DNA of 64,000 nt from an uncultured delta proteobacterium (GTDB lineage: Bacteria; Myxococcota; Myxococcia; Myxococcales; Myxococcaceae), in contig CAVYSY010000045.1 of the NCBI GenBank assembly GCA_963771175.1, forward strand, positions 96,001-160,000. Reading direction: 5' to 3'. The position numbers and the translations under genes are program-made. Under the pieces are notes generated by a model. That model was not told where the DNA came from. It worked only from the letters and a program-made list of their open reading frames with translations, and did not search any database. Shown here piece after piece: positions 1 to 9,604 of this stretch. Numbering within the stretch: position 1 is the first letter of the stretch; the number at the start of each line of letters is the position of its first letter.

Positions 1-1
1 C

Positions 2-997
2 GCCTGCGCGGACATCTTCCGCATGGCCCTGGCCGACACCACCAAGCGCGGCATGGGCACCACCTTCGTGTGCCTCGCCGTGAGCGGCAACAAGGGCGTC
101 ATCGGCCACGTGGGTGACTCGCGCGTCTATCTGGTGCGCCACGGTCAGTGCCACCGGCTCACCGAGGACCACACCCTGGTGGCCGCCCAGCTCAAGGCCG
201 GCACCATCACCAAGGAGCAGGCCGCCACCTCGCAGTACCGCAACGTGATTACGCGCGCGGTGGGCATCCAGGAGTCCGTCCAGGTCGACACCCTCATCGT
301 CGATCTCTTCCCGGGCGACCTCTTCGTGTTGTGCTCGGACGGTCTGCACGGCTACCTGGATGACGACGAGGTGCTGCCCTTCGTGCAGGGCGCCACGGCG
401 TCGGAGCTGCCCAAGAAGTTCATCGACCTGGCCAACGAGCGCGGTGGCAAGGACAACATCACCGCGGTGGTGGTGAAGATCTCCGGCGAGGGCACGCTCG
501 AGGCGGAGACCACCGAGGCCCAGTCGCGCATGGAGGCGCTGCGGAAGATTCCCCTCTTCCGCCACCTCACCTACAAGGAGCAGACGGCGGTGCTGTCCAT
601 CGCCACCACGCGCACCTTCCCCGCCGGGAGGGAGATTGTCGTGGAGGGCCAGCCGGGCGAGGAGCTCTTCGTGGTCATCCGCGGCCGGGTGGCCATCGAG
701 AAGAGCGGGGTGGAGATCGCCGAGCTGCGGCCCGGCGGCCACTTCGGCGAGATGGGCCTCATCGACAACGCCCCCCGTTCGGCCACCGTGCGAGCCGTCG
801 AGCCCACGCGCACCATGGTCATCTCGCGCGTGGACCTGATGGGACTCATGAAGCGCGAGTCCATCCTGGCGGTGAAGATGCTCTGGAGCTTCGTCCAGGT
901 GCTGTCGGATCGTCTGCGGGCCACCAACTCGGAGCTGAGCGAGGCCCGGCAGGAGCTGGCGGTGGCGCAGGCCATCCAGCCCTTCGCCGAGGAGTGA
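2..997 (+). CDS. PP2C-family Ser/Thr phosphatase with C-terminal cyclic-nucleotide-binding domain (5' partial)
   Basis: PP2C motifs MGTT, HVGDSRVY, LTEDH, RAVG, LCSDGL and GGKDNIT; cNMP motif FGEMGLIDNAPRSATV; the frame is open from the window edge. Confidence 0.9.
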   Translation, partial: ACADIFRMALADTTKRGMGTTFVCLAVSGNKGVIGHVGDSRVYLVRHGQCHRLTEDHTLVAAQLKAGTITKEQAATSQYRNVITRAVGIQESVQVDTLIVDLFPGDLFVLCSDGLHGYLDDDEVLPFVQGATASELPKKFIDLANERGGKDNITAVVVKISGEGTLEAETTEAQSRMEALRKIPLFRHLTYKEQTAVLSIATTRTFPAGREIVVEGQPGEELFVVIRGRVAIEKSGVEIAELRPGGHFGEMGLIDNAPRSATVRAVEPTRTMVISRVDLMGLMKRESILAVKMLWSFVQVLSDRLRATNSELSEARQELAVAQAIQPFAEE

Positions 998-1101
998 GCC
1001 CCGGGGGTGGGAAGACGTCGAGCGGGCGACGCGTTGGAATGAACCGCTCGAAATGTCGGTTGGCGGGCCGGTCGCGGGGGTAACGTCCCGCACCGGTCCG
1101 C

Positions 1102-4068
1102 ATGCGGAAATGGCTTGTCATAGGGGCGGCAGCCGCCCTGGTCGTCGTAGCGGTGGCGATGCTGTGGCCTCGGGACGAATCGCTCCAGGGGCCCATGGAG
1201 GCCAGCGCGCCCGCCGTGCGAGCGCTGCCCGAGTTCGAGTCGGTGGAGGTGTCCTCCGGCGAGGCCGAGGGCCTCACCCTCACCGGGCGGGTGCTGGACG
1301 CCGCCGGCAGGCCGGTGGCGGGGGCGGACGTGTTCCTCTCCGCGAGCGCGCAGAAGACGCTCGACTCGGTGCGCTGTGACGAGTGCGGGCTGGCGCTGCT
1401 GGCCTGTCCGGCGCGGGAGAGCGGCCTGCACGCGCTGGCTTTCTTCGAGCAGGCGCGGGGTTTCCTCCAGGCGAAGGCCACCGCGCGCACGGACGCGCAG
1501 GGGCGCTTCCGTTTCGAGCACCTGGCGGGCGTGTCCTTCTCCGTGTGGGCCCGGGCGCCGGGCTTCGGCTCGGCCATGCGCGAGCGCGCGGCCCCGGGCG
1601 AGTCGGTGGACCTGTACCTGCCTCCGTTGAGGAGCATTGGTGGGCAGGTGGTGGACGAGGCGGGCCAGCCGGTGCCGGGGGCGCGCATCCACGCGGTGTC
1701 GCGCAAGGTGCCGCTGCCGTACGAGGCGGTGGCGAAGGAGGATGGCTTCTTCACGCTGCCGGAGCTCGGCGAGGGGCCCTTCTACGTGCTGGCCACCGCG
1801 AAGGGCTTCCTCCCGACGGTGGAGCCCCTGGTGGAGGCGGGCCCGCAGTTGGTGCGGCTGCGACTGGAGCCCTCGCGGACGCTGGAGGTGCGCGTCACCC
1901 GCCAGGGCGCGCCCGTGGTGGCCACGGTGCGGCTGAAGGCGGACCACCTGGCGCGCGAGTCCCGCACCGAGGGTGGGGTGGCGCGCTTCGAGGGCCTGTA
2001 CCCGGACGAGCTGGTGGTGACGGCCGAATCCGGCAAGCTGGGCGCGGTGCCGCGGACCCTCACGCTCGACGAGCGCCTCACGCAGGTGACGCTCGAGCTG
2101 GAGGAGGCGGGCACGCTGCTCGTCACCGTGGTGGACGAGGCCGGGCAGCCGGTGCCCTCGCCGGAGCTGGTGCTGCGCTCGGTGCGCGGGCAGGCCATCC
2201 AGTCGCAGAAGCCGTCCACGGGAGCGCTGGTGCAGTTCGGCCCGCTCGCCATGGGTGACTACGAGCTGGAGGGGCACGCGAAGGGCTACCAGGACGCGCG
2301 GTTGCCGGCGCGGGTGAAGCCGGGCGAGACGATGCTGGAGCTGGAGCTGGCCCGCGCCACGCTCATCTCCGGGCAGGTGTTGGACCAGTACGGCCGGCCG
2401 GCGCCCAATGTGACGGTGCTGGTGCAGCCCACGGGCGAGACGGTGGTGGCGGACGCGGAGGGCCTCTTCTCCGCGGCGGTGCCCACGCCGGGCCTGTACG
2501 AGCTGCACGCGCACCACTCCGAGTGGGGCGGCGGGCAGGTGAAGGTGACGGCGCCGGCCGAGGACGTGAAGCTGGGGCTGGAGCCCCGGGCCTCGCTGGA
2601 GGTGACGGTGATGGCGGAGGGGCGCCGCGTGGAAGGCGCGGACGTGATGCTGTGGCTGGAGGACGAGGGCATCTTCCGCAGCGACACTTCCTCCGGGCCG
2701 GACGGGCTGGTGCCCATGCGCGGGCTGCCGTCGGGGACGTATTCGATGCTGGCCACGCACCGGGACTACGTGCCCTCGGAGCCGCGGAAGGTGGTGGTGG
2801 TGGATGGGCAGACACAGCGGGAGACGGTGACGCTCGCCTCGGGGGCGGCGCTCAGCGGCGAGGTGGTGGACACGCGGGGTGCGCCGGTGGCGGGAGCGTC
2901 GGTGTCGGTGCTGCCGCGCCTGGCCCAGCCGGTGACGACGGATGCGCGGGGGCACTTCGAGATCCGCGCGCTGAAGCCCGAGCGCTCCTTCCAGGTGGAG
3001 GCGCGGCACCCGGGGTACGACCAGCGCGAGCGCGTGCAGGCGAAGGCGGGCTCCGGCTCGGTGCAGGTGGTGATGGAAGCGCGGAGCATGTTCCGCGGCC
3101 GGGTGGTGGCCAGCGATGGCGAGCCGGTGCGGCGCTTCCGGCTGGACGAGCACGACGTGACGAGCCCGGACGGGCGCTTCGAGGTGGCGCTGCCCACGGC
3201 GGGCGATCGCGTCATCGTATCGGTGGAGGCGCCGGGCTTCGAGCCGCTGATGGTGGACAAGCCGGTGCAGCCGGACCTGGGCGAGCTGGTGCTGGAGCGG
3301 GCGCCGACGGTGACGGGGCTGGTGCGGGACGAGGGCGGCGGGCCGGTGGCGGACGCGGTGGTGTCGTGCGATGCGTGCGAGGACTCGGTGATGACGGGGC
3401 CGGATGGGCGCTTCGCGCTGCCGAGCCCGCCCTTCGTGGCGAAGTTCACCGTGTCGGCGCGCAAGGGGCGGTTGAGCGCGTCGGTGCCGGCCACGCGCGA
3501 GGGGACGAAGGCGGTGGAGCTGGTGCTGAAGCCGGCCACGCGGCTGTACGGGACGGTGTACCAGCCGGGCGGGACGCCGGCGGCGGGCTTCCAGTTGGAG
3601 GGCGTCAACGCGGACCGGGGCGAGCCCATCAGCATCGTCACGGGCCCGGACGGGAGCTACAGCGTGGACGTGTCGCCGGGCCACTACCGCTTCGCGCTGG
3701 GCGTGGCGCGCGAGTTCTCCGGCGAGCCGGCGCTGCTGGTGCAGGTGGGGGGAGGGGAGCTGCGATTGGACGTGGGGCCGGCGCCGGGCACGGGCTCGCT
3801 GTCGGTGCAGCTCAAGCCCGAGATGGGCAAGGCGCTGTGGGTGGTGGCCGGAGACGTGGGTTCCGTGAGCAACCCGCCGAGGGAGCTGATGCAGGCCAGC
3901 TACGGGCAGCTCCTCTACCAGCCTCGCGGCGAGCGGGTGACACTGCACGGGCTGCGGCCCGGACGCTACACCCTGGTCTGGGGGCACTTCCACGTGGACT
4001 CGGAGGGCGCTCCGGTTGTGCGCACGGTGGACGTGCCGAGCTCGGGAGACGTGGTCCTCGCTCCGTGA
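1102..4068 (+). CDS. Large exported protein with repeated carboxypeptidase-regulatory-like (CarboxypepD_reg) beta-sandwich domains
   Basis: N-terminal TM/signal segment; repeated G.V.D..G.PV.GA.V and TDxxGxF units; GC3-rich codon pattern. Confidence 0.8.
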   Translation: MRKWLVIGAAAALVVVAVAMLWPRDESLQGPMEASAPAVRALPEFESVEVSSGEAEGLTLTGRVLDAAGRPVAGADVFLSASAQKTLDSVRCDECGLALLACPARESGLHALAFFEQARGFLQAKATARTDAQGRFRFEHLAGVSFSVWARAPGFGSAMRERAAPGESVDLYLPPLRSIGGQVVDEAGQPVPGARIHAVSRKVPLPYEAVAKEDGFFTLPELGEGPFYVLATAKGFLPTVEPLVEAGPQLVRLRLEPSRTLEVRVTRQGAPVVATVRLKADHLARESRTEGGVARFEGLYPDELVVTAESGKLGAVPRTLTLDERLTQVTLELEEAGTLLVTVVDEAGQPVPSPELVLRSVRGQAIQSQKPSTGALVQFGPLAMGDYELEGHAKGYQDARLPARVKPGETMLELELARATLISGQVLDQYGRPAPNVTVLVQPTGETVVADAEGLFSAAVPTPGLYELHAHHSEWGGGQVKVTAPAEDVKLGLEPRASLEVTVMAEGRRVEGADVMLWLEDEGIFRSDTSSGPDGLVPMRGLPSGTYSMLATHRDYVPSEPRKVVVVDGQTQRETVTLASGAALSGEVVDTRGAPVAGASVSVLPRLAQPVTTDARGHFEIRALKPERSFQVEARHPGYDQRERVQAKAGSGSVQVVMEARSMFRGRVVASDGEPVRRFRLDEHDVTSPDGRFEVALPTAGDRVIVSVEAPGFEPLMVDKPVQPDLGELVLERAPTVTGLVRDEGGGPVADAVVSCDACEDSVMTGPDGRFALPSPPFVAKFTVSARKGRLSASVPATREGTKAVELVLKPATRLYGTVYQPGGTPAAGFQLEGVNADRGEPISIVTGPDGSYSVDVSPGHYRFALGVAREFSGEPALLVQVGGGELRLDVGPAPGTGSLSVQLKPEMGKALWVVAGDVGSVSNPPRELMQASYGQLLYQPRGERVTLHGLRPGRYTLVWGHFHVDSEGAPVVRTVDVPSSGDVVLAP

Positions 4069-4087
4069 GGAGCCACCCTTCCTGCGC

Positions 4088-4822
4088 TCAGTGACGCGTG
4101 GATTCCGGTCGGGGCTCGCCAACCCTCAGGGGGCGCCCCTCGCCGCGAATCCGCTGGGCTTCGGGCCGCGCCAGGCCGCGCCCGCTCTCCGCCTCCGCGC
4201 GTTGTTTGATGCCCCGCAGCATCTTCCGCTCCAGGATGAAGTGCAGCGGTCCGAGGAACAGGGTGGGCAGGGGAGAGCCCGGCTTCCAGAGATACGCGGA
4301 GCGGACGCGGGAGACGATGCGCGTGGAGCCATCCTGCTCCGGGTAGAGCCCGAGCGACCAGCTCACCGAGGACTCTCCAGGCGGCGCGTCCGGTTGGGAG
4401 CCGATGACCAGGGCGGCATTGGGCTTCACGGCATGCACGGGCAGCTGGAGGCCCCGGGTCGCGGGGATGACATCTCCGGGCTGCAGATTCTGGAACTCGG
4501 GGATGACGTGCTCCACGGAGGAGATGCTCAGCTCGGCGAGTCGCTCGAACCACTCGTAGCCATAGAACCCGGCCCGGCCCATGCCGATCTGCACCACCCA
4601 GGGCCAGACCTCCTCGGGCGCGGCCTGGATGGTGATGGCCCGGTTGGTGACATAGACGGGCTTGCGCACCAGCTCGTCACCCGGCATGGGTCGGGTCCTC
4701 TCCTCTTGGGTCGCCCCCCAGCGCATGTGCCAGGGGCGGGCGATGAGGTAGTAGCCCGCCAGGCTGCCAGCCCCCACGGCGGCCAGCGTTCCGAGGGAAC
4801 TGCGATTTCCCGTGCGCCTCAT
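4088..4822 (-). CDS. Conserved hypothetical SRPBCC-like protein
   Basis: RWGATQEE...MPGDELV...ITIQAAPEEVWPWVVQIG.GRAGFY motif; C-terminal MLRGIKQRAE helix. Confidence 0.7.
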   Translation of the reverse strand: MRRTGNRSSLGTLAAVGAGSLAGYYLIARPWHMRWGATQEERTRPMPGDELVRKPVYVTNRAITIQAAPEEVWPWVVQIGMGRAGFYGYEWFERLAELSISSVEHVIPEFQNLQPGDVIPATRGLQLPVHAVKPNAALVIGSQPDAPPGESSVSWSLGLYPEQDGSTRIVSRVRSAYLWKPGSPLPTLFLGPLHFILERKMLRGIKQRAEAESGRGLARPEAQRIRGEGRPLRVGEPRPESTRH

Positions 4823-4939
4823 GCGATGCCCTCCTTTGGAGCTGTGAGAGAGGGTGCGCCCGATTCAGGGGAGGGCAAGGCGCCCTGGAGGATGGGTCGG
4901 CGGTTGCGAGCCCGACTCCGCGCGCGTAAGGAAGCTCGC

Positions 4940-6157
4940 ATGGTGGCTTCGGCTCTGCAGGGACGTCGGGTGATTGTCGGCGTGGGCGGCGGCATCGCGG
5001 CGTACAAGGCGTGCGAGCTGGTGCGCGAGCTGGGGCGCGCCGGGGCGCAGGTGCGGGTGGCGATGACGGAGGCGGCGAAGCAGTTCGTCACCCCGCTCAC
5101 CTTCCAGGCGCTCAGCGGGCACCCGGTGCTGACGGACTACTTCGATCCCGCGCAGGAGGGGAACTTCGGTCACCTGGACCTGGCGCGCTGGGCGGAGCTG
5201 TACGTGGTGGCGCCGGCCACGGCGGACCTGCTGGCGCGCATCCGGGCGGGGATGGGGAACGACGCGGTGACGACATCGCTGCTCGCGTTCCGGGGGCCGG
5301 TGCTGCTGGCGCCCGCGATGAACGTGGCGATGTGGGAGAACGAGCGGACGCAGGAGAACGTGGAGGTCCTGCGCACCTCGCCGCGCTTCCATGTGGTGGG
5401 GCCGGGTGCGGGGCTGCTCGCGTGCGGAGACGTGGGGGCGGGGCGACTGGCGGAGGTGGGCAACATCGTGGAGGCGGCGGCGAGCCTCTTCGCCGAGGGG
5501 CCACTGGCGGGCCGGCGGGTGCTCATCACCGCGGGGCCCACGCGCGAGTACCTGGACCCGGTGCGGTTCATCTCCAACCCCTCGACGGGGAAGATGGGGC
5601 TGGCGCTGGCGGAGGCCGCGCGGGCGATGGGGGCGCGGGTGACGGTGGTGCTGGGCCCGGTGGGCGAGGTGGCGCGAGGTGGCTACGAGGTGGTGGACGT
5701 GGTGAGCGCGGAGGACATGGCGCGCGAGGTGCTGGCGCGGGTGGAGGAAGTGGACTGCTTCATCGCCTCGGCGGCGGTGGGCGACTGGAAGCCGCAGCTG
5801 CGGGAGTCGCAGAAGGTGAAGAAATCGGAGGGCCCGGAGACGCTGACGCTGGTGCGCACGCCGGACGTGCTGGCCGAGGCCTCGCGGCGGGTGGCGGGGC
5901 GGGCGCGGCGGCCGGTGCTGGTGGGCTTCGCGGCGGAGACGCAGCGGGTGGTGGAGTACGCGCGGGAGAAGCTGGAGCGGAAGGCGCTGGATGCGATCGT
6001 CGCGAACGACGTGACGGCGCCGGGCGCGGGCTTCGGGGTGGACACCAACCAGGTGACGGTGCTGACGCGGGACGGCAGGCAACAGGAGCTGTCGGGGACG
6101 AAGCGGGAGGTGGCTCGTTCCGTCCTGGAGCTCGTCAAGGACCTCCTCCCGCATTAA
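4940..6157 (+). CDS. coaBC: Bifunctional phosphopantothenoylcysteine decarboxylase/phosphopantothenate-cysteine ligase
   Basis: GGIAAYKA, HLDLARWA, APAMNVAM, LACGDVGAGR, ITAGPTREYLDPVRFISNPSTGKMG, VGFAAET; start placed at ATG 4940. Confidence 0.97.
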   Translation: MVASALQGRRVIVGVGGGIAAYKACELVRELGRAGAQVRVAMTEAAKQFVTPLTFQALSGHPVLTDYFDPAQEGNFGHLDLARWAELYVVAPATADLLARIRAGMGNDAVTTSLLAFRGPVLLAPAMNVAMWENERTQENVEVLRTSPRFHVVGPGAGLLACGDVGAGRLAEVGNIVEAAASLFAEGPLAGRRVLITAGPTREYLDPVRFISNPSTGKMGLALAEAARAMGARVTVVLGPVGEVARGGYEVVDVVSAEDMAREVLARVEEVDCFIASAAVGDWKPQLRESQKVKKSEGPETLTLVRTPDVLAEASRRVAGRARRPVLVGFAAETQRVVEYAREKLERKALDAIVANDVTAPGAGFGVDTNQVTVLTRDGRQQELSGTKREVARSVLELVKDLLPH

Positions 6158-6270
6158 AACATTCCCGCCTCCAACATGGCGTCCCCGCTCGACCCTGGGG
6201 TAAGCGTACAGGCGCCCTACCCGGCAGGCGGTTGAATCGAAGTACCCGGACCCATAAACCCCTAGGCACC

Positions 6271-7197
6271 GTGAGCGAAGCCCTCGATACCGCGCATGAG
6301 CTGAGCGAAGTGCTGGAGGACCTGCGCCGCCACCTCCTGTGGCAGGAGGAGGCGGGGGGCCGGGTTCTCCAGGTGGATGCACGCCTTGCCGCCGAGCTGC
6401 GCGCGGCGCGTCCCCTGGCGATGCAGCGTGCCCAGGCCGTCGAAGGCCGCGCCGCAGCAGGCCCCGGCTGCTCCGCCTCCCACTCCTGTTGCCCCTCCGC
6501 CGCAGCCCGCGCCCGCCGCGCGCCCGCTGGCCGCCCGCCCGGCGACTCCTGCACCCGAGAAGCATCTCGAAGCCCCCCCGCAGGCGCGCCCTTCCGCCGG
6601 CTCGCTGCCCGGCGTGGTGGAGGGCGAGCGGCCGACGCTGGATCAGATCCGCCGCGAGCTGGGCGACTGCCGGCGCTGCAAGCTGTGCGACGGGCGCAAG
6701 AACATCGTCTTCGGGTCGGGCAACCCGCGCGCCGAGCTGGTCTTCGTGGGCGAGGGCCCGGGCGACGAGCGAGGACCTGCAGGGCGTGCCCTTCGTGGGC
6801 GCCGCCGGGCGAGCTGCTGACGAAGATGATCGAGGCGATGGGGTACCGCCGCGACGACGTCTACATCTGCAACGTGGTGAAGTGCCGGCCGCCGGGCAAC
6901 CGCAACCCCGAGCCCGACGAGATCGCCGCGTGCGAGCCGTTCCTGCGCGCGCAGCTCGCGGCGATGCAGCCCAAGGTGATCGTGGCGCTGGGCAAGTTCG
7001 CGGCGCAGACGCTGCTGCGGGACAGCACGCCCATCACCCGGCTGCGCGGACAGTGGCGCGAGTACGAGGGCATCCAGCTGATGCCCACCTTCCACCCGGC
7101 CTACCTGCTGCGCAGCCCGGCGGAGAAGAAGAAGGCGTGGGAGGACCTGCAGCAGGTGATGAAGTTCTTCGGCAAGCAACCCGGGCAGCGAGGCTGA
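6271..7197 (+). CDS. Family-4 (Fe-S) uracil-DNA glycosylase with Pro/Ala-rich N-terminal extension; about 3 frameshifts
   Basis: [45 protein letters not shown] and TFHPAYLLR, spread over three frames. Confidence 0.9.
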   Translation: MSEALDTAHELSEVLEDLRRHLLWQEEAGGRVLQVDARLAAELRAARPLAMQRAQAVEGRAAAGPGCSASHSCCPSAAARARRAPAGRPPGDSCTREASRSPPAGAPFRRLAARRGGGRAADAGSDPPRAGRLPALQAVRRAQEHRLRVGQPARRAGLRGRGPGRRARTCRACPSWAPPGELLTKMIEAMGYRRDDVYICNVVKCRPPGNRNPEPDEIAACEPFLRAQLAAMQPKVIVALGKFAAQTLLRDSTPITRLRGQWREYEGIQLMPTFHPAYLLRSPAEKKKAWEDLQQVMKFFGKQPGQRG

Positions 7198-7222
7198 CCG
7201 GGTTCCCGGAGGGGGATACGCG

Positions 7223-8244
7223 ATGAAGGGAGTCGCTCGAGACGCAGCGAGATGCACTCGCCGGCGCTGGAGGGCAACCCGCTGGGAGACCCGGCACGCG
7301 CGCGAGCTCCGGGTGTACCTGCCGCCGGGTTACGCGGAGGGCGAACCGGCGCTACCCGGTGGTCTACTTCCTCACGCCTTCTCCGACAGCGGCAAGTCGT
7401 GGACGAACGTCTCGCGCGTTCGCGCCGAGCGTCCCCGAGCGGCTGGACGCGCTCGATCGCGGCGGGGACGATCCCCCCGGTCATCGGCGTGTTCGTGGAC
7501 GGGTGGACGTCGCTGGGCGGCAGCCAGTGGGTGAACAGCGAGGCCATCGGCCGCTACCGGGACTTCCTGGCGCAGCGACGTGGTGGGCTTCGTGGACCGC
7601 ACGTTCCGCACGCTGCCCAAGGCCGGCGTCGCGCGCGGTGGTGGGGCACAGCTCGGGCGGCTACGGCGCGCTGGTGATGGGCCGCTACCACCCGGACGAT
7701 CTTCGCGCACCTGGGCGCCCACTCCGGCGGACGCCTACTTCGAGTACTGCTACCTGCCCGACCTGCCCAAGGCGGCCGGCGGCGCTGCTCAAGGCGGGCG
7801 GCGTGGAGGCGCTGGTACCGCGACTTCACCCGGCGCGCGCCGCGAGACCAAGCTGCGCGGCGACGACTTCACCGGTCATCAACGTGCTGGCCATGGCCGC
7901 GGCGTACTCGCCGAAGAAGGGCGAGCCGCTCAACCTGGAGCTGCCCTTCGATCCGCAGACGGGCCGGCTGCAGCTGGACGTCTGGAACCGCTGGCTGGTG
8001 CACGACCCGGTGCGCTTCGTGCCCAAGTTCCTGGACGCCTTCCGCAAGCTGAAGACCGTCTTCATCGACTGCGGCACCCGCGACGAGTTCAACCTGCGCT
8101 GGGGCGCTCGGATGATCACCGAGGAGCTCAAGGACGGCGGCGTCGAGCTCATCCACGAGGAGTTCGAGGACGGGCACATCGGGCGTCAACTACCGCTTCG
8201 AGCGCTCGCTGGCGGTGCTCGCGCCGCGGCTCGCGAGCGAGTAG
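7223..8244 (+). CDS. Alpha/beta-hydrolase esterase (enterochelin-esterase-like); multiple frameshifts
   Basis: SPALEGNPLGDP, VYLPPGY, GHSSGGYG nucleophile elbow, FIDCGTRDEF, EEFEDGH. Confidence 0.8.
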
Positions 8245-8315
8245 CGGACGGGGAGGGCCCCGATGACGCGGGGCGTTGTCGAAGCCTCTGGCGCTCCCAC
8301 GTTCGCCCGGATAGA

Positions 8316-8343
8316 CGCTACCCGTGCACTCGTGCGGGTAGCG
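8316..8343 (+). terminator. Stem-loop between the esterase and kdd
   Basis: CGCTACCCG...CGGGTAGCG perfect 9-bp stem with G-U extension; no U-tract. Confidence 0.35.
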
Positions 8344-8375
8344 GCTGTGTCCACCCGCGACCAGGAGATGGAGCC

Positions 8376-9408
8376 ATGAGCATCGACCGCTATGGATTGT
8401 CCCGTGTCATTGGGGAGAAGGGCGTGCTGCCCCAGCGGGCGCGCAAGCTGGACCCTTCGCTGCCCTGCCGGGAGGCCGAGCTGCCTCATCGACGTGGAGA
8501 GCCTCAACATCGACGCCGCCTCCTTCAAGCAGATCAAGGACGAGGTGGGCGCGGAGCCGGCCCGCATCGCCGCGCGCGTGCAGGAGATCGTCCGCGAGCG
8601 GGGCAAGATGCAGAACCCGGTGACGGGCTCGGGCGGCATGCTCATCGGACGGGTGAAGGAGATCGGCCCGAAGCACCCGGCGCGCGGCGAGCTCCAGCCG
8701 GGCGACCGCATCGCCACGCTGGTGAGCCTCAGCCTGACGCCGCTCGTCATCGAGGAGGTGAAGGCCGTGCACCCGTCCATCGACCGGGTGGACATCCGCG
8801 GCTACGCCATCCTCTTCGCCTCGGGCCTCTACGCGAAGCTGCCCACGGACATGCCGGACACGCTGGCCCTGGCGGCGCTGGATGTGTGCGGCGCGCCGGC
8901 CCTCGTGGACCGGTACGTCCGGCCGGGGATGACGGTGGCGGTGCTCGGGGCGGGCAAGAGCGGGGCCCTCTGCCTCGCGCAGGCGCGGCGCAACCTGAAG
9001 GGGCAGGGGCGGCTGCTGGCGCTCGACATCTCCGAGCCGGCCCTCACCGCCCTGAAGGGCATGGGCCTCTGCGATGCGGCGCTCCAGGTGAATGCCACCC
9101 AGGCGGTGGAGGTGATGGAGACCGTCTCCCGGGCCACCGACGGCGCGCTCTGCGATCTGCTCATCAACTGCGCCTCCGTGGGCAACACGGAGATGGCCTC
9201 CATCCTCAGCGTGAAGGACGGCGGGACGGTCATCTTCTTCTCCATGGCCACCAGCTTCACCGCGGCCGCGCTGGGCGCCGAGGGCGTGGGCAAGGACGTC
9301 ACCATGGTGGTGGGCAGCGGGTACGTGCCCGGGCACGCCGACTTCACCCTCGAGCTGCTGCGCTCCGAGCCCGCCCTGCGCCGGCTCTTCGAGTCGCGCT
9401 ACGTCTAG
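8376..9408 (+). CDS. kdd: L-erythro-3,5-diaminohexanoate dehydrogenase; one frameshift near 8483
   Basis: YGLSRVI..KGVLPQ.A.KLD, LIDVESLNIDAASF.QI, RGKMQNPVTGSGGMLIG, LDVCGAPA, FFSMATSFTAAALGAEGVGKDV. Confidence 0.93.
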
Positions 9409-9604
9409 TCGGAACCTCGGCGAGCAGGAGTGCCCGAGCGCCCGGGATGCGGCCGATCGAGCCGCCCCGGGCGTCATTACGCACTGAGCCATTTCCGCGC
9501 GAGTTCTCGGGGGACGAGACTCCGTGTAGGCGCGGGCAATACTGCGGGTGGCGGGCGCCGAGGTTATTGAAGTACTCCGCCTGCTTGGCGGATAAGGTGC
9601 CACC

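Noticed and set aside
571..4122. Long antisense or alternate-frame ORFs (571-4122, 8407-9621, 9344-11134, 37077-38672 and others)
   Set aside because: Arg/Ala/Pro-rich shadow frames of high-GC genes with no motifs; the opposite frame has clear family signatures
6271..8500. Programmed ribosomal frameshifting in UDG, the esterase or kdd
   Set aside because: Multiple scattered shifts without slippery heptamers; sequencing error is the simpler explanation
9409..9604. Canonical lysine or cobalamin riboswitch
   Set aside because: The L-box (AGAGG...AGUA...GCCGA) and B12-box elements were not recognisable; kept only as an unassigned structured element
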